From an uncultured virus (IMG/VR IMGVR_UViG_3300020037_004263) (lineage: Duplodnaviria > Heunggongvirae > Uroviricota > Caudoviricetes), in IMG/VR virus record IMGVR_UViG_3300020037_004263: a stretch of DNA of 64,000 nucleotides. One strand, written 5' to 3'. A model generated the notes under the pieces. It worked only from the letters and a program-made list of their open reading frames with translations, had not been told where the DNA came from and made no database searches. A program made the translations under genes and the position numbers. Shown piece after piece: positions 45,318 through 54,037 of this stretch. Numbering within the stretch: position 1 is the stretch's first letter; each line of letters begins with the position of its first letter.

Positions 45318-45788
45318 TTAGTCGCCGCAACCGCGGCCAATTTTTCCAGTGTCGCGAGCGTCAACGAACTGCTGCCACGGCACCCAGCCTTGCGGACAGG
45401 CAAACCCCCATTCACGCACGACAGGGCCGGTCATAAACAGCGAAACAACCCGCGCACCAGGCACTACGACAAGGCGATGCAGGCTCTCAGGCTGTCGTTC
45501 GACGATGTCGCCCGGTCTGCGCGCAAACTGACCCTCCGGCGTACACTCGACATAGCTGCCGGCGATGATGACGCTGCGGTTGGCCCACGGATGGTCGTGC
45601 ATCGCCCGGTCGTCGTCGCTGTGCAGGATTTCGTGCAGGTAGACGTTGCAGAACGGGTTGCGCGGCACGACCCACCAGCGCCGCAGATAGTTGTCGCCGA
45701 TGATAAAGTCCGGCTCGCGCGCCATCACGCCCGAAGCCCAGTCCTGCATACCTTCCAGTGTCGCGCTTGGCATTGTACTACCGCTCAT
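45318..45788 (-). CDS. Cupin-like hypothetical protein
   Basis: YLRRW...YLHEILHSDDDRAMHDHPW...H...WGF. Confidence 0.75.
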   Translation of the reverse strand: MSGSTMPSATLEGMQDWASGVMAREPDFIIGDNYLRRWWVVPRNPFCNVYLHEILHSDDDRAMHDHPWANRSVIIAGSYVECTPEGQFARRPGDIVERQPESLHRLVVVPGARVVSLFMTGPVVREWGFACPQGWVPWQQFVDARDTGKIGRGCGD

Positions 45789-47146
45789 CCCCGTCTCTCC
45801 ATCGCCGCCAATAAGATGCTCTGTACGCTCCGCTTCGTCGTCAGCCGCTCGAGCACGTCCTCGTCGATGGTGCCCCGCGCGACGATCCGGTGGACGAATA
45901 CCGGCCGGTCATACCCGCTCTGTTTCTGCCGCATCGGCCCGATGCGTTCAATGATTTGTTCGTGCTCTTCGAGGTTCCACGACACCCCGAAGAAGACGAT
46001 AATATTACCGCCATCCTGCAAATTGATTCCATGCCCGGCGCTAGCGGGATGGGCGACGAGCATCTGGATATTGCCCTTGTTCCAGTCCTTGATCGTCTGC
46101 GGATTGGCGTCGAGGTGGCGGGCACCGGGGAAGCGCTTCAAAATACGCGCGAGGTCGTGCTTGAAGGTGTAAGCGACGAGGACCGGCATGCCCGCAGCTT
46201 CCTCGACGACGCTCTCCAGCGCTTCCAGCTTGGCGTCGTGCAGATGCTCCCAGTCGCCGCCCTCATTTTTATAGATCGCTCCGTTGCAGATTTGGAGCAA
46301 TTTTCCGGACTTTACTGCGGCGTTGGCCGCCTCGACGCCCTCCTCGCCAATCTCGGCGAAGAACTCCTTCTCCATGTCGTCGTAGTGACGGAGTACCTTA
46401 CCCTTGAGATCGACATAGATCGTGTTGAATACGGGCTTGTCGACCGGCTCGCCCTTTGTCGTGAGGCAGATGTCCTTGAGCGCGGTCTGGATCTCGTCCT
46501 GCGCGTGGGCCATCGGCTCCAGTGTAAAGCCGTCGTAGCCGCGTCGGAACCAACGCTGCTCGAAGGCGCTGAATGAGTGGCCGAGGCGCTGGCCCTTGTC
46601 GAGGAACCAGCTCTGCCCCCAAAGGTCCTTGAGGCCGTTGCCCGCCGGCGTGCCGGTCAGGCCGATGAACCGCTCAACCTTGTCATGGGCGACCTTGCCG
46701 AGCGCAGCCGCGTTCTTGCCGCCCTGCCGCAGCCGGAACGACTTGAGGCGGCTGAGCTCGTCGGCGACGACCGTCCTGAACGGCCAGTCCTTGCCGAGCG
46801 TATCGACCAGCCAGACGAGGTTGTCGTAGGAGCAGCAGTAGATGTCGGCCGGGACGTGCAGCGCGGCTGCGCGCTCCGCAGCGCTGCCGGTGGCCACCGA
46901 GACGCGCAGGTGCTGGCTGAAGGCCCACTTCTCGACCTCAGCTGTCCATGTCGACTGGATGACCCGCTTCGGCCCGAGGATGAGCGCGGGGAAGACTTCT
47001 TCGAACGTGTCGAGATCGCAGAGCGCCTTGAGCGTCGAGACCGACTTGCCGCCGCCCAGACGCATCCACAGCGCTGCGCGCGGGGTCGCGTGCAGGAAGC
47101 GGATCGCCTCGCGCTGGTCGTCGTGGGGGACGAAGGGGCGGCTCAT
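45785..47146 (-). CDS. SNF2-like helicase
   Basis: RLGGGKS, VADELS, LTGTP, HPASAGHGINLQ, QIIERIG. Confidence 0.92.
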   Translation of the reverse strand: MSRPFVPHDDQREAIRFLHATPRAALWMRLGGGKSVSTLKALCDLDTFEEVFPALILGPKRVIQSTWTAEVEKWAFSQHLRVSVATGSAAERAAALHVPADIYCCSYDNLVWLVDTLGKDWPFRTVVADELSRLKSFRLRQGGKNAAALGKVAHDKVERFIGLTGTPAGNGLKDLWGQSWFLDKGQRLGHSFSAFEQRWFRRGYDGFTLEPMAHAQDEIQTALKDICLTTKGEPVDKPVFNTIYVDLKGKVLRHYDDMEKEFFAEIGEEGVEAANAAVKSGKLLQICNGAIYKNEGGDWEHLHDAKLEALESVVEEAAGMPVLVAYTFKHDLARILKRFPGARHLDANPQTIKDWNKGNIQMLVAHPASAGHGINLQDGGNIIVFFGVSWNLEEHEQIIERIGPMRQKQSGYDRPVFVHRIVARGTIDEDVLERLTTKRSVQSILLAAMERRG

Positions 47147-47769
47147 ACGTAGTCGGCGCCCCAGTAGTCGCTGGCGCGCTCCAAGCGCTTGCGACAGGGC
47201 GGAATCCAACCGAACCGGGTGCCGTCGCCGAAGTTGTCCCAGATCACCCAGCAGTAGGCCGTGGCAGTCGAGCCGGTCTGTGTCAGGACGCCCTTGTGCA
47301 TCACGACGCGCTCGGTGAACTGCAGGATCCACGACGGCGGCTCGTACAGGAACAGCTTCTCGTAGCGCCCGACGCTCTCCAGAAAGGCCGTGCGGACCAG
47401 CACGGCGGCGTTACGGCTGTCCCACCGGGCGCGCTGGATGAATGCCTCGGCCAGCTTGAACGGCGGGTTGGTGATCGTCCAATCGACCGTGTCGCCTTGG
47501 CAGGCGAGATAGTCCATTACCGGGAACCCGGCGCCGTAGTCGTGGATATCGAACGCATCGACGCTCTTGAAATACTCGCGCAGCGGCCGGACCATGTGGC
47601 CTCGATTCGCCGACGGCTCGCGGCAGGTCTGATCCTTGAGCGAGCCGCGCTGGTCGACGATCCACTCGCACAGCGCCCGCGTCGCCCAAGGCGGCGTTGG
47701 GAAGTCGTCGGGACTATCTTTCGGCTCCGTGCGCTGCTGCATGACCGCTGAGGACGTATTCTGGACCAC
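47143..47769 (-). CDS. SAM-dependent amino-DNA methyltransferase (N6-A or N4-C)
   Basis: DDFPTPPWAT, EPSANRG (motif I), ITNPPF (motif IV). Confidence 0.85.
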   Translation of the reverse strand: MVQNTSSAVMQQRTEPKDSPDDFPTPPWATRALCEWIVDQRGSLKDQTCREPSANRGHMVRPLREYFKSVDAFDIHDYGAGFPVMDYLACQGDTVDWTITNPPFKLAEAFIQRARWDSRNAAVLVRTAFLESVGRYEKLFLYEPPSWILQFTERVVMHKGVLTQTGSTATAYCWVIWDNFGDGTRFGWIPPCRKRLERASDYWGADYV

Positions 47770-48299
47770 TACAACTTGATCCCCTGCCTGAGCGCCGCCG
47801 ACACAGCCACGGCCTGCGCGATGGCGTCGTCGAGCGCGTTGTGGTGCGTGCCCTTGCTCCTGAGCGGCTTGCGGTTGTTCAACGCCAGCACGGTCCGGCA
47901 ACAGCGCACGTTCCAGAAATCCCATGGCGCTTCGAGCATCACCGCAGCGATGGCCGACTTGAGCAGCACCTCGTCGAAGTTGGCCCCGTGCGACCAGATC
48001 GTCTCACCGCCGACCGCGTCCCACCACTTGAAGAAGTCGAGCAGCACCGTCGTCAGCGGCTGCTGGTCGGGCTCAAGGGCCGCTCGCGCCTCGGGAGACT
48101 GGTCGTCCCACCACTTGGTTGTCTCGGGGTCCACGACCAGCCCTACGGCCTCGCAGGACCCCCTCGTGATGTTCCTGTAGAAGGTCTGCGGTGTCTCGCC
48201 CGTCTGCAGGACGAACGTGCAGGCACCGATCGAACGGAGCGCGGAGCCGGGGGCGGTACCCCACGTCTCGAGGTCGAGCATGATATTTTTACCGGCCAT
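47769..48299 (-). CDS. 3'-5' exonuclease (DEDDh, DUF5051-like)
   Basis: MLDLET, HGANFD, HHNALDDA. Confidence 0.88.
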   Translation of the reverse strand: MAGKNIMLDLETWGTAPGSALRSIGACTFVLQTGETPQTFYRNITRGSCEAVGLVVDPETTKWWDDQSPEARAALEPDQQPLTTVLLDFFKWWDAVGGETIWSHGANFDEVLLKSAIAAVMLEAPWDFWNVRCCRTVLALNNRKPLRSKGTHHNALDDAIAQAVAVSAALRQGIKL

Positions 48300-48576
48300 T
48301 CTTCATCTCCTCTACTACCGCATCGGCATCTGCCCGATTGCGGACCACAAACACCTTCCAGCCCCGTCCTCGCAGCCTGGCAATCTCGCGCTTCTGCAAG
48401 TAGCTCAGAACGTCGTCCCCGGCCTTCACCTCTACCAGCGCGACGTTCGGGAAGCCGAAGTCGATCAGGCAGTCGGGGGCGCCCCGGCGGTTGACCCATT
48501 GCAGCTTACGATACTCGCCTCGGGCGAGGCGCACCTTGCTTTTAATGTACTGCTGGAGCTTGGCGGCAGGGGTCAT
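48289..48576 (-). CDS. VRR-NUC nuclease
   Basis: GAPDCL...VEVKA...LQKREI...G..VFVV. Confidence 0.85.
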   Translation of the reverse strand: MTPAAKLQQYIKSKVRLARGEYRKLQWVNRRGAPDCLIDFGFPNVALVEVKAGDDVLSYLQKREIARLRGRGWKVFVVRNRADADAVVEEMKNGR

Positions 48577-48776
48577 CTGGCGAGGTGCCTCCGTGTTAGA
48601 GTCAGTTCCCTGAAGCCTTTGGCTCTGACCCCTTCAACAGCGCCCGGAAGGTAGCACACGACCTCGGGCTCCAGTTCGCTCACCCACCTGCCCAGCAGCG
48701 CGAGGCGATCGGAATCGAACGAGGCACATCGACTTACCCACAGATCCATGAAAATTTCCCTTGAAACCAAAACCAT
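48573..48776 (-). CDS. Hypothetical protein
   Basis: Fills the gap between the polymerase and VRR-NUC genes; ATGA overlap. Confidence 0.45.
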   Translation of the reverse strand: MVLVSREIFMDLWVSRCASFDSDRLALLGRWVSELEPEVVCYLPGAVEGVRAKGFRELTLTRRHLAR

Positions 48777-48780
48777 TGTT

Positions 48781-50826
48781 TCAATCCTGTTTCGCGTACC
48801 TGAGCATCTCGTGACCCGCCGCAGCGAGCGGCAGGCCCAGCGACCACGGCGGATTCGTCGCCATGATGGCGCTCAGGCCCTCGGCGGTGTAGTTGTCGTT
48901 GTCGGGGGTCTCGGTGATGTTTTCATCATGCACGGGCAGCAGGATGGCGTATCCGGCCGCCTCAGCGTGCTTGGCGCCGAACTTGAAGACATCGCGAGCC
49001 GTGCCCTGAGTGGATTGCTCCCCAAACTTGCCTCCATATGTCTCGATCGTTTCCCATTGCCGGGTGTACTGGTTCAGGCCGTCGTAGCGTATCTGGCTGT
49101 CGCTCTTGCCGGTGCCGTCGCACCCGGGGCACATCACTTCGGTATCCGCCGCAACGAACGTCTTGCCGGTGCCCTCGCAACGGATGCACTTCGCACCGAT
49201 CCGGGCGTTCGGGTAGCTGAGGTATCGGCCCGACGGCAGCCGCAGGCGGAGCCAGGCGCCGCGCATGTCGAACCGTAGCCCGCGCACCTCGAAGGCTTCC
49301 TTGGGGAAGCGAATCGCGGCCTTGGCAGCGTCCTCCAGAGCGTACCACAGACGCACGATGTTCGGGTGAGTCTTGCGCCACGCCTTGACGATGGTGACGG
49401 CCTCTTCCTCGGCCATCACGACGCCGTAGTTAGCGCCCATTTTGGCGAAGGCTCCCGGCCCTCCCTGAAAACCTAGGGCGAGCTCAGGCACCTTACCGTA
49501 TGCCTGCCGCTCGTCCTTGGTGATGTCCTCCGGCCGCTTCCGAAGGATGTTCCCGGCGGTCAGTTTATAGATGTCGTGACCCGTTCCTCGATCGAACGAG
49601 CGGAAGGCGTCGAGCTTCCAGTCCTCGCCGGCGAGCCATGCCAGCACGCGGCCCTCGATGTTGGACAGGTCGGCGACGACCAGCTTCTTGCCTTCGTCGG
49701 CGATGAGGCAGCCGCGCACGGCGTTCGAGCACAGCTCGCTGACATTCTCGTAGAGCAGATCCTCGCAGTCCGCCTTCATGGCACGGATGGCGCGCTCGAT
49801 CTCCCACGGCCTGAGCGTCGGTCTCGGCAGGTTCTGCGGCTGGAACAGACGGCCGGCGTCCCGACCCGTGCGGGAGGCCCCGCAGAACTGGATAGTGCCG
49901 CGCAGCCGGGCGTCAGACGAGGCGGCCTTGAGCAGCACTTTGTACTTGGCCGGTGACGTCGCGGCGGCCTGCTGCCTGATCTCCAGCAGCTCGCGCACCT
50001 CGTCGGTGATGTCGTCGCGCTTGAGCGCCGCAGTGACGGTGCCCTTGGTTAAATCCGCTGTCTCGAAGTCGTGGGCGTCGGACAGGTGGTCGAGCAGCTT
50101 CTGCCGCTGCGTCATGCTGCCGACGGCCCCACCAGTCAGGTCGGTGGACCGCTTCGCGAGTTCCTTAGACGTGCGCTCGAAAGCGCGCAGGGCAGAGCGC
50201 GCAAGGTCCAGGTCGACCTTGACGCCGCGGTCGTTGATCTTCTGGTCAAGCAGCCACAGCTCGCGCTCCGACGGCGTGTCGTTCCAGCGGGGGATGCGCT
50301 TCAACACCTCGCGCATGGCCTCGATGTCCGAGGCGCCGTAGCTTTTGAACGCCTCCCACTCGGCCGGGTGTGTCTCGCGCGTCGCCCGGTCCAGCTTTCG
50401 ATTTTTCCCGAGAGGTTTGCAGAAAAGCTGGATCAGCTTCTTGCCAGCCTTGTCCTTGGCCTTATCGACCGGGACGCCCAGAACCTCGCATAGCTTGTCC
50501 AGCCCGGCCGGCAGGCTGTGCATCAGCGCGAGCACCATGGTGTCGGTGATCTTCTCGGTGGGGATGGTGACGCCGCAGTGGCGCAGAACGGTGCGGTCGA
50601 ACGACGAGTTCTGGATAATGATCTCGTCGGCCTCGTCGATCATCCACTGCAGCTGCGGGGCGTAGCGCTCCCACTCGTGGGGGCCAGAGACGTCCTCGAC
50701 ATGCACCGGGCCGTCGTCCCAAGCGTGCTGCACGAGCAGCAGCTCGGCATGCTCAGCATAGGCGTGAACCCCACTTGTGATGGGCACGGTGCTGAACGCC
50801 TCAGTATCAAGGTAGAGAGCGGTCAC
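48781..50826 (-). CDS. polA: DNA polymerase, family A (APSE/Bcep-like)
   Basis: LDTEA exonuclease motif, RTGR..GRLFQPQNLPR, ADLSNIEGR, ERQAYGK, VHDE. Confidence 0.95.
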   Translation of the reverse strand: MTALYLDTEAFSTVPITSGVHAYAEHAELLLVQHAWDDGPVHVEDVSGPHEWERYAPQLQWMIDEADEIIIQNSSFDRTVLRHCGVTIPTEKITDTMVLALMHSLPAGLDKLCEVLGVPVDKAKDKAGKKLIQLFCKPLGKNRKLDRATRETHPAEWEAFKSYGASDIEAMREVLKRIPRWNDTPSERELWLLDQKINDRGVKVDLDLARSALRAFERTSKELAKRSTDLTGGAVGSMTQRQKLLDHLSDAHDFETADLTKGTVTAALKRDDITDEVRELLEIRQQAAATSPAKYKVLLKAASSDARLRGTIQFCGASRTGRDAGRLFQPQNLPRPTLRPWEIERAIRAMKADCEDLLYENVSELCSNAVRGCLIADEGKKLVVADLSNIEGRVLAWLAGEDWKLDAFRSFDRGTGHDIYKLTAGNILRKRPEDITKDERQAYGKVPELALGFQGGPGAFAKMGANYGVVMAEEEAVTIVKAWRKTHPNIVRLWYALEDAAKAAIRFPKEAFEVRGLRFDMRGAWLRLRLPSGRYLSYPNARIGAKCIRCEGTGKTFVAADTEVMCPGCDGTGKSDSQIRYDGLNQYTRQWETIETYGGKFGEQSTQGTARDVFKFGAKHAEAAGYAILLPVHDENITETPDNDNYTAEGLSAIMATNPPWSLGLPLAAAGHEMLRYAKQD

Positions 50827-51341
50827 ACGTACTCCCACCCGGCAACCGGCGGTGCGTAGAGATGCAGCTTGTCGCGCTTGAGCGGCCCTTTCTCCCAGCC
50901 CGCCATGACGTAGCAGTAGCCAGTGCGCCTGCGCGCGGAGACATCGACCTCGGTACGCAGGCGCTCGTCAGGCAGCTCGCCATAGCGCTCGGCCCATTTG
51001 GCGTAGGTCATCTCTGTCGCGGCGCGGATGAGATCGCTGGAGAGACCAGCGCCGAGATTCCGGAACAGCATGTTGCGCCAGACGTAGGTCGCCCTAACGT
51101 CGGTCTGAGCCGTGCGCCCGCGCGAGGCACCAGAGCCTCGGGCCATCGGCGTCTTCTGCCTGACGACTGCCCAGACGGCTTTCCCGCACGGGGTTACGAG
51201 CACGATCTCCTGCCCGACGCCCGTGAAGGTCTTCGATCCCGGTGTGCGCCGCGAGTAGTGGGGTCCGTGCCCTTCACAGACACCGCAGCCGTCGACCACG
51301 TCAAGAGCCCGCCGATCGCTGGATGAACTGAGCAGCCACAC
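50823..51341 (-). CDS. Putative Mom-like GNAT DNA-modification protein
   Basis: HYSRRTPGS...FRNLGAGLSSDLI...TEVD...GYCYVMAGW resembles the Mom-family motif order. Assignment is from memory. Confidence 0.55.
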   Translation of the reverse strand: MWLLSSSSDRRALDVVDGCGVCEGHGPHYSRRTPGSKTFTGVGQEIVLVTPCGKAVWAVVRQKTPMARGSGASRGRTAQTDVRATYVWRNMLFRNLGAGLSSDLIRAATEMTYAKWAERYGELPDERLRTEVDVSARRRTGYCYVMAGWEKGPLKRDKLHLYAPPVAGWEYV

Positions 51342-51343
51342 GG

Positions 51344-51583
51344 CTACAGCACGAAGTTCGGCTGGCCGTCCTTGGCTTTCCACTTGAGGTGAATCCAGCC
51401 CGGCGGAACGTAGTGCGAGATGCCATCAGCGTCGAACAGCCGGTGACTGCCTCGTTCGCTGACGTGCAGCTGCAAAGGCGTCTTGATCCAGACGTGCCGT
51501 CCGTTTTCGAACTCGTACTCTCGCCACGCTTCGCTGGAGATATCCACGAAAACGAGATCGGTAACGTTGTTGAAGTTTGTCAT
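51344..51583 (-). CDS. Conserved phage hypothetical protein
   Basis: DISSEAWREY...HRLFDADGISHYVPPGW. Confidence 0.75.
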   Translation of the reverse strand: MTNFNNVTDLVFVDISSEAWREYEFENGRHVWIKTPLQLHVSERGSHRLFDADGISHYVPPGWIHLKWKAKDGQPNFVL

Positions 51584-51590
51584 GGTTTTT

Positions 51591-51795
51591 CGCCCTATTC
51601 TTGAAGAGAACATGCCGCGAAAGCGTCAGCAACCTGGCTGCCATTTGGCGGGGATCAACCAGACCGCAGCATGCCCTCTTCAAAAATAGGGCGTTCCGAC
51701 CGGCTCACATGTCAGGGGAGACAATCGCGGAGTTCAGGGAGAACCACCGGTCGGAACGCCTTCAGTCTACGCTTGAAAGTGGTCTATTTCAAGCG
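51591..51795 (-). ncRNA. Candidate structured RNA (three consecutive stems)
   Basis: Inverted repeats at 51591-51693, 51690-51760 and 51770-51795 fill a non-coding gap. Confidence 0.45.
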
Positions 51796-51804
51796 CTTTC
51801 GTCG

Positions 51805-52062
51805 TCACACGTACTGCAAGCCGATGGCCCGCTCGTACGTTTCGATCAACTCGTCGAGCGTGGTCCGCTCGTCCTTGTCCATCTTCATCCGCGCGTAGAC
51901 CTTGCGCATGATCTTGGTGTCGTAGCCGAGCGCCTTGGCCTCCGCGTAGATATCCTTGATGTCGTCCGCCGCGGCCTGCTTCTCCTCGTCGCGGTTGCCG
52001 ATGCGCTCGAAGAACTGCTTGAGGCGTTTATCCTCGTCGCCGTTGTGACCGATGCCCGCCAT
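51805..52062 (-). CDS. gapR: GapR-like nucleoid protein (DUF2312)
   Basis: GHN...RLKQFFERI...EEK...DDIKDIYAEAKALGYDTKIMR. Confidence 0.9.
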   Translation of the reverse strand: MAGIGHNGDEDKRLKQFFERIGNRDEEKQAAADDIKDIYAEAKALGYDTKIMRKVYARMKMDKDERTTLDELIETYERAIGLQYV

Positions 52063-52655
52063 CAGACGTAGTCCTCGCTGTCACTACCCAGCGCTTCCTC
52101 GGGCTTCTTCGCGTACTCGGCGAAGTCGTCGGCCGTGGCGGGAGCCGAGCCGCCGCCGAAGCTGTCGCCGTCGCCGGCGAACATCACCCCGAGCAGCGAG
52201 CAGTTGACCCGGCGCCCGAAGCTGTTGTCCTGCGCCCAGATCTCGACCTGCGCGTGGACCTTGCAGCCGGCGTAGAGGATGCGTTCGATCTGGGAGAGAT
52301 CGGTGATCTCGGTGCCGTAGGCGTCGACCGCCGTAGGCCGGGTCTTCGGGTTGCGCGTGCCGAGCGAATACTTGCCTTCGAAGCCGTCGTAGACCTTGCC
52401 GGTCTTGGTGCTCTTGTAAGGCAGCTTCGAGAAGGCGACCTTCTTGTCCTCCACCAGCATGGCGAGGATGTCGGCGCCTTTGTCCTTCCACTGCTTCTTG
52501 GCGACGTCGAGCATCGCCGCGTCGAGCACCTTCACGTCCTTGTCGTCGGGGTCGATGATCAGCCGGGCGCCGTAGGCCGGCTCACCGTCGCCGATCGCCT
52601 GCGGCTTGGCCAGAGCGGGGAACGCCAGGCGCTTGTTCTTCAACATCAGTTTCAT
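52062..52655 (-). CDS. ssDNA-binding protein (DUF2815, T7 gp2.5-like)
   Basis: RLAFPAL, YAGC.V, N..G.RVNC.L.GVMF..DGDSFGG; acidic tail. Confidence 0.88.
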   Translation of the reverse strand: MKLMLKNKRLAFPALAKPQAIGDGEPAYGARLIIDPDDKDVKVLDAAMLDVAKKQWKDKGADILAMLVEDKKVAFSKLPYKSTKTGKVYDGFEGKYSLGTRNPKTRPTAVDAYGTEITDLSQIERILYAGCKVHAQVEIWAQDNSFGRRVNCSLLGVMFAGDGDSFGGGSAPATADDFAEYAKKPEEALGSDSEDYV

Positions 52656-52659
52656 ATCG

Positions 52660-53916
52660 CTATTCCTCTACGTCATCAGTGGCGAGCGCACGGAACTTCT
52701 CCGCGACGTCGGTGGCCAGCGAAGGCCGGGGGTCGGTGGCCGGAGCCACGGACGGCTTGCCGTCGGCGCGGGTGACGAAGGCGTTGACCTTCTCCCAGCG
52801 CTTCGGGGTCGGCTTGAGCAGCTTCTCGGCCTTGGTCGGACTGATCAGCTTCATGTCGTACATGTCGTCGACCTTCAGCCGGAACGACTTCTTGAGCATG
52901 TCCTCGACCTGTGCCTCGTCGGTCCATGCCCGGTTCCCGGCGCGGCCGGCGACGAGCTTGAAGCCCTCGACCGGCTTGCCGTCGGCCAGCAGTCGGAAGA
53001 CCTCGGCGCGGACCGCCTTGCACCATTGCTCGACCAGCTCCACCTTCGACATGGCGATGGCGAGGTAGTTGTCGCCGGTGGTCTCATCGACTTCCATCGG
53101 GGCGAAGGCTGCGAACTCCTCGACGGTCGCGGGCGAGAACACCTCGCCGGACGTGGCGAGCATCATCTCCTCGCGCAGCGCGGGACAGACCGCCTTGGCG
53201 CGACAAAATCTGCAACCCTTCGCAGAAGGCTGCAAATAGGCCAACAGCGCTTCGTCATCGGGCGCAAACTGTCGTGCTTCATGTGTTTTAGCAGCGCAGA
53301 TTTTGACCTTTTCGCCAAACTCGCGTAGCTGTGTGACCGGGATAGTCCATTCGCTAAAGTTTCCTTTTCGCGGCTGGTCGATCGCCAGAGTGATCGTCTC
53401 GAAGTCCGCAAACACACCGTAGTGGTCGACAGCGCACAGCCCGTAAATCTGGGTCTGTTCATCCTCCTCGGCGTCGACCTCGACGCCTTGACCGTATTTC
53501 AAATCCTTGATCTTGAGCCAGCCATCGCCGATAACCACGACATCCGATATCGCAACTCCGTTATCTTCGCCTGTGAGATGCCCCCGCGGCATCTTCTGCT
53601 CTACAAGCAGCGTGCCGCCCTTGGCAAAAGCCCTGACGCGCTCGCAGTAGCCTTTGACGTACTCAACCATCTCTCCCGAGACAGTGAAAGTCGAACCATC
53701 CTCGAAAGTCCAACGCTCCCCGACGTATTCGTCGAGATGCCAGCCGTCGCGGAGGTGCCCCGCAGCTAACTCGTGGGCTAGATTACCTTCGTTCGCGTAG
53801 ATAGAACTTGTGTTTGGGAACTGACTCTCCAAGACGACGCTGCCTGGGCACGTCATCCAGCGCGCCGCGCTGGATGGCGAAAGGCGCACTGGGTGTTTAC
53901 CGTTCGGTGCTGACAC
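52660..53916 (-). CDS. DUF2800 PD-(D/E)XK exonuclease
   Basis: LSPSSAARWMTCPGS, EG..AH, DLKYGQG, CRFCRAK..CP, GFKLVAGR; GTG start after AGGGAG. Confidence 0.88.
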   Translation of the reverse strand: MSAPNGKHPVRLSPSSAARWMTCPGSVVLESQFPNTSSIYANEGNLAHELAAGHLRDGWHLDEYVGERWTFEDGSTFTVSGEMVEYVKGYCERVRAFAKGGTLLVEQKMPRGHLTGEDNGVAISDVVVIGDGWLKIKDLKYGQGVEVDAEEDEQTQIYGLCAVDHYGVFADFETITLAIDQPRKGNFSEWTIPVTQLREFGEKVKICAAKTHEARQFAPDDEALLAYLQPSAKGCRFCRAKAVCPALREEMMLATSGEVFSPATVEEFAAFAPMEVDETTGDNYLAIAMSKVELVEQWCKAVRAEVFRLLADGKPVEGFKLVAGRAGNRAWTDEAQVEDMLKKSFRLKVDDMYDMKLISPTKAEKLLKPTPKRWEKVNAFVTRADGKPSVAPATDPRPSLATDVAEKFRALATDDVEE

Positions 53917-54037
53917 GTTCAAACTCCCTGTACGCAGCCTCTCGCGCTGCGGCTGCTGATTCGGCGGTCGGAAAGCTGCCGGCGCAGGCCATCCATCTCG
54001 CTGCGCCGGAGGGTGATAGACGGGCGTGGACGCTCAT
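53897..54037 (-). pseudogene. Duplicated DUF2800 N-terminus fused to an AP2-like C-terminal remnant
   Basis: MSVHARLSPSGAARWMACAGS followed by FPTAESAAAAREAAYREF. Confidence 0.6.

Noticed and set aside
49095..49200. Intein in PolA
   Set aside because: The insert is only about 30 aa and lacks intein terminal motifs (no His-Asn before Cys/Ser/Thr).
51591..51795. tRNA gene
   Set aside because: No cloverleaf, T-loop GTTCRA or CCA arrangement on either strand; kept as a generic structured-RNA candidate.
52660..53916. Cas4 as evidence of CRISPR-Cas
   Set aside because: It is the usual DUF2800 nuclease of APSE-like replication modules.
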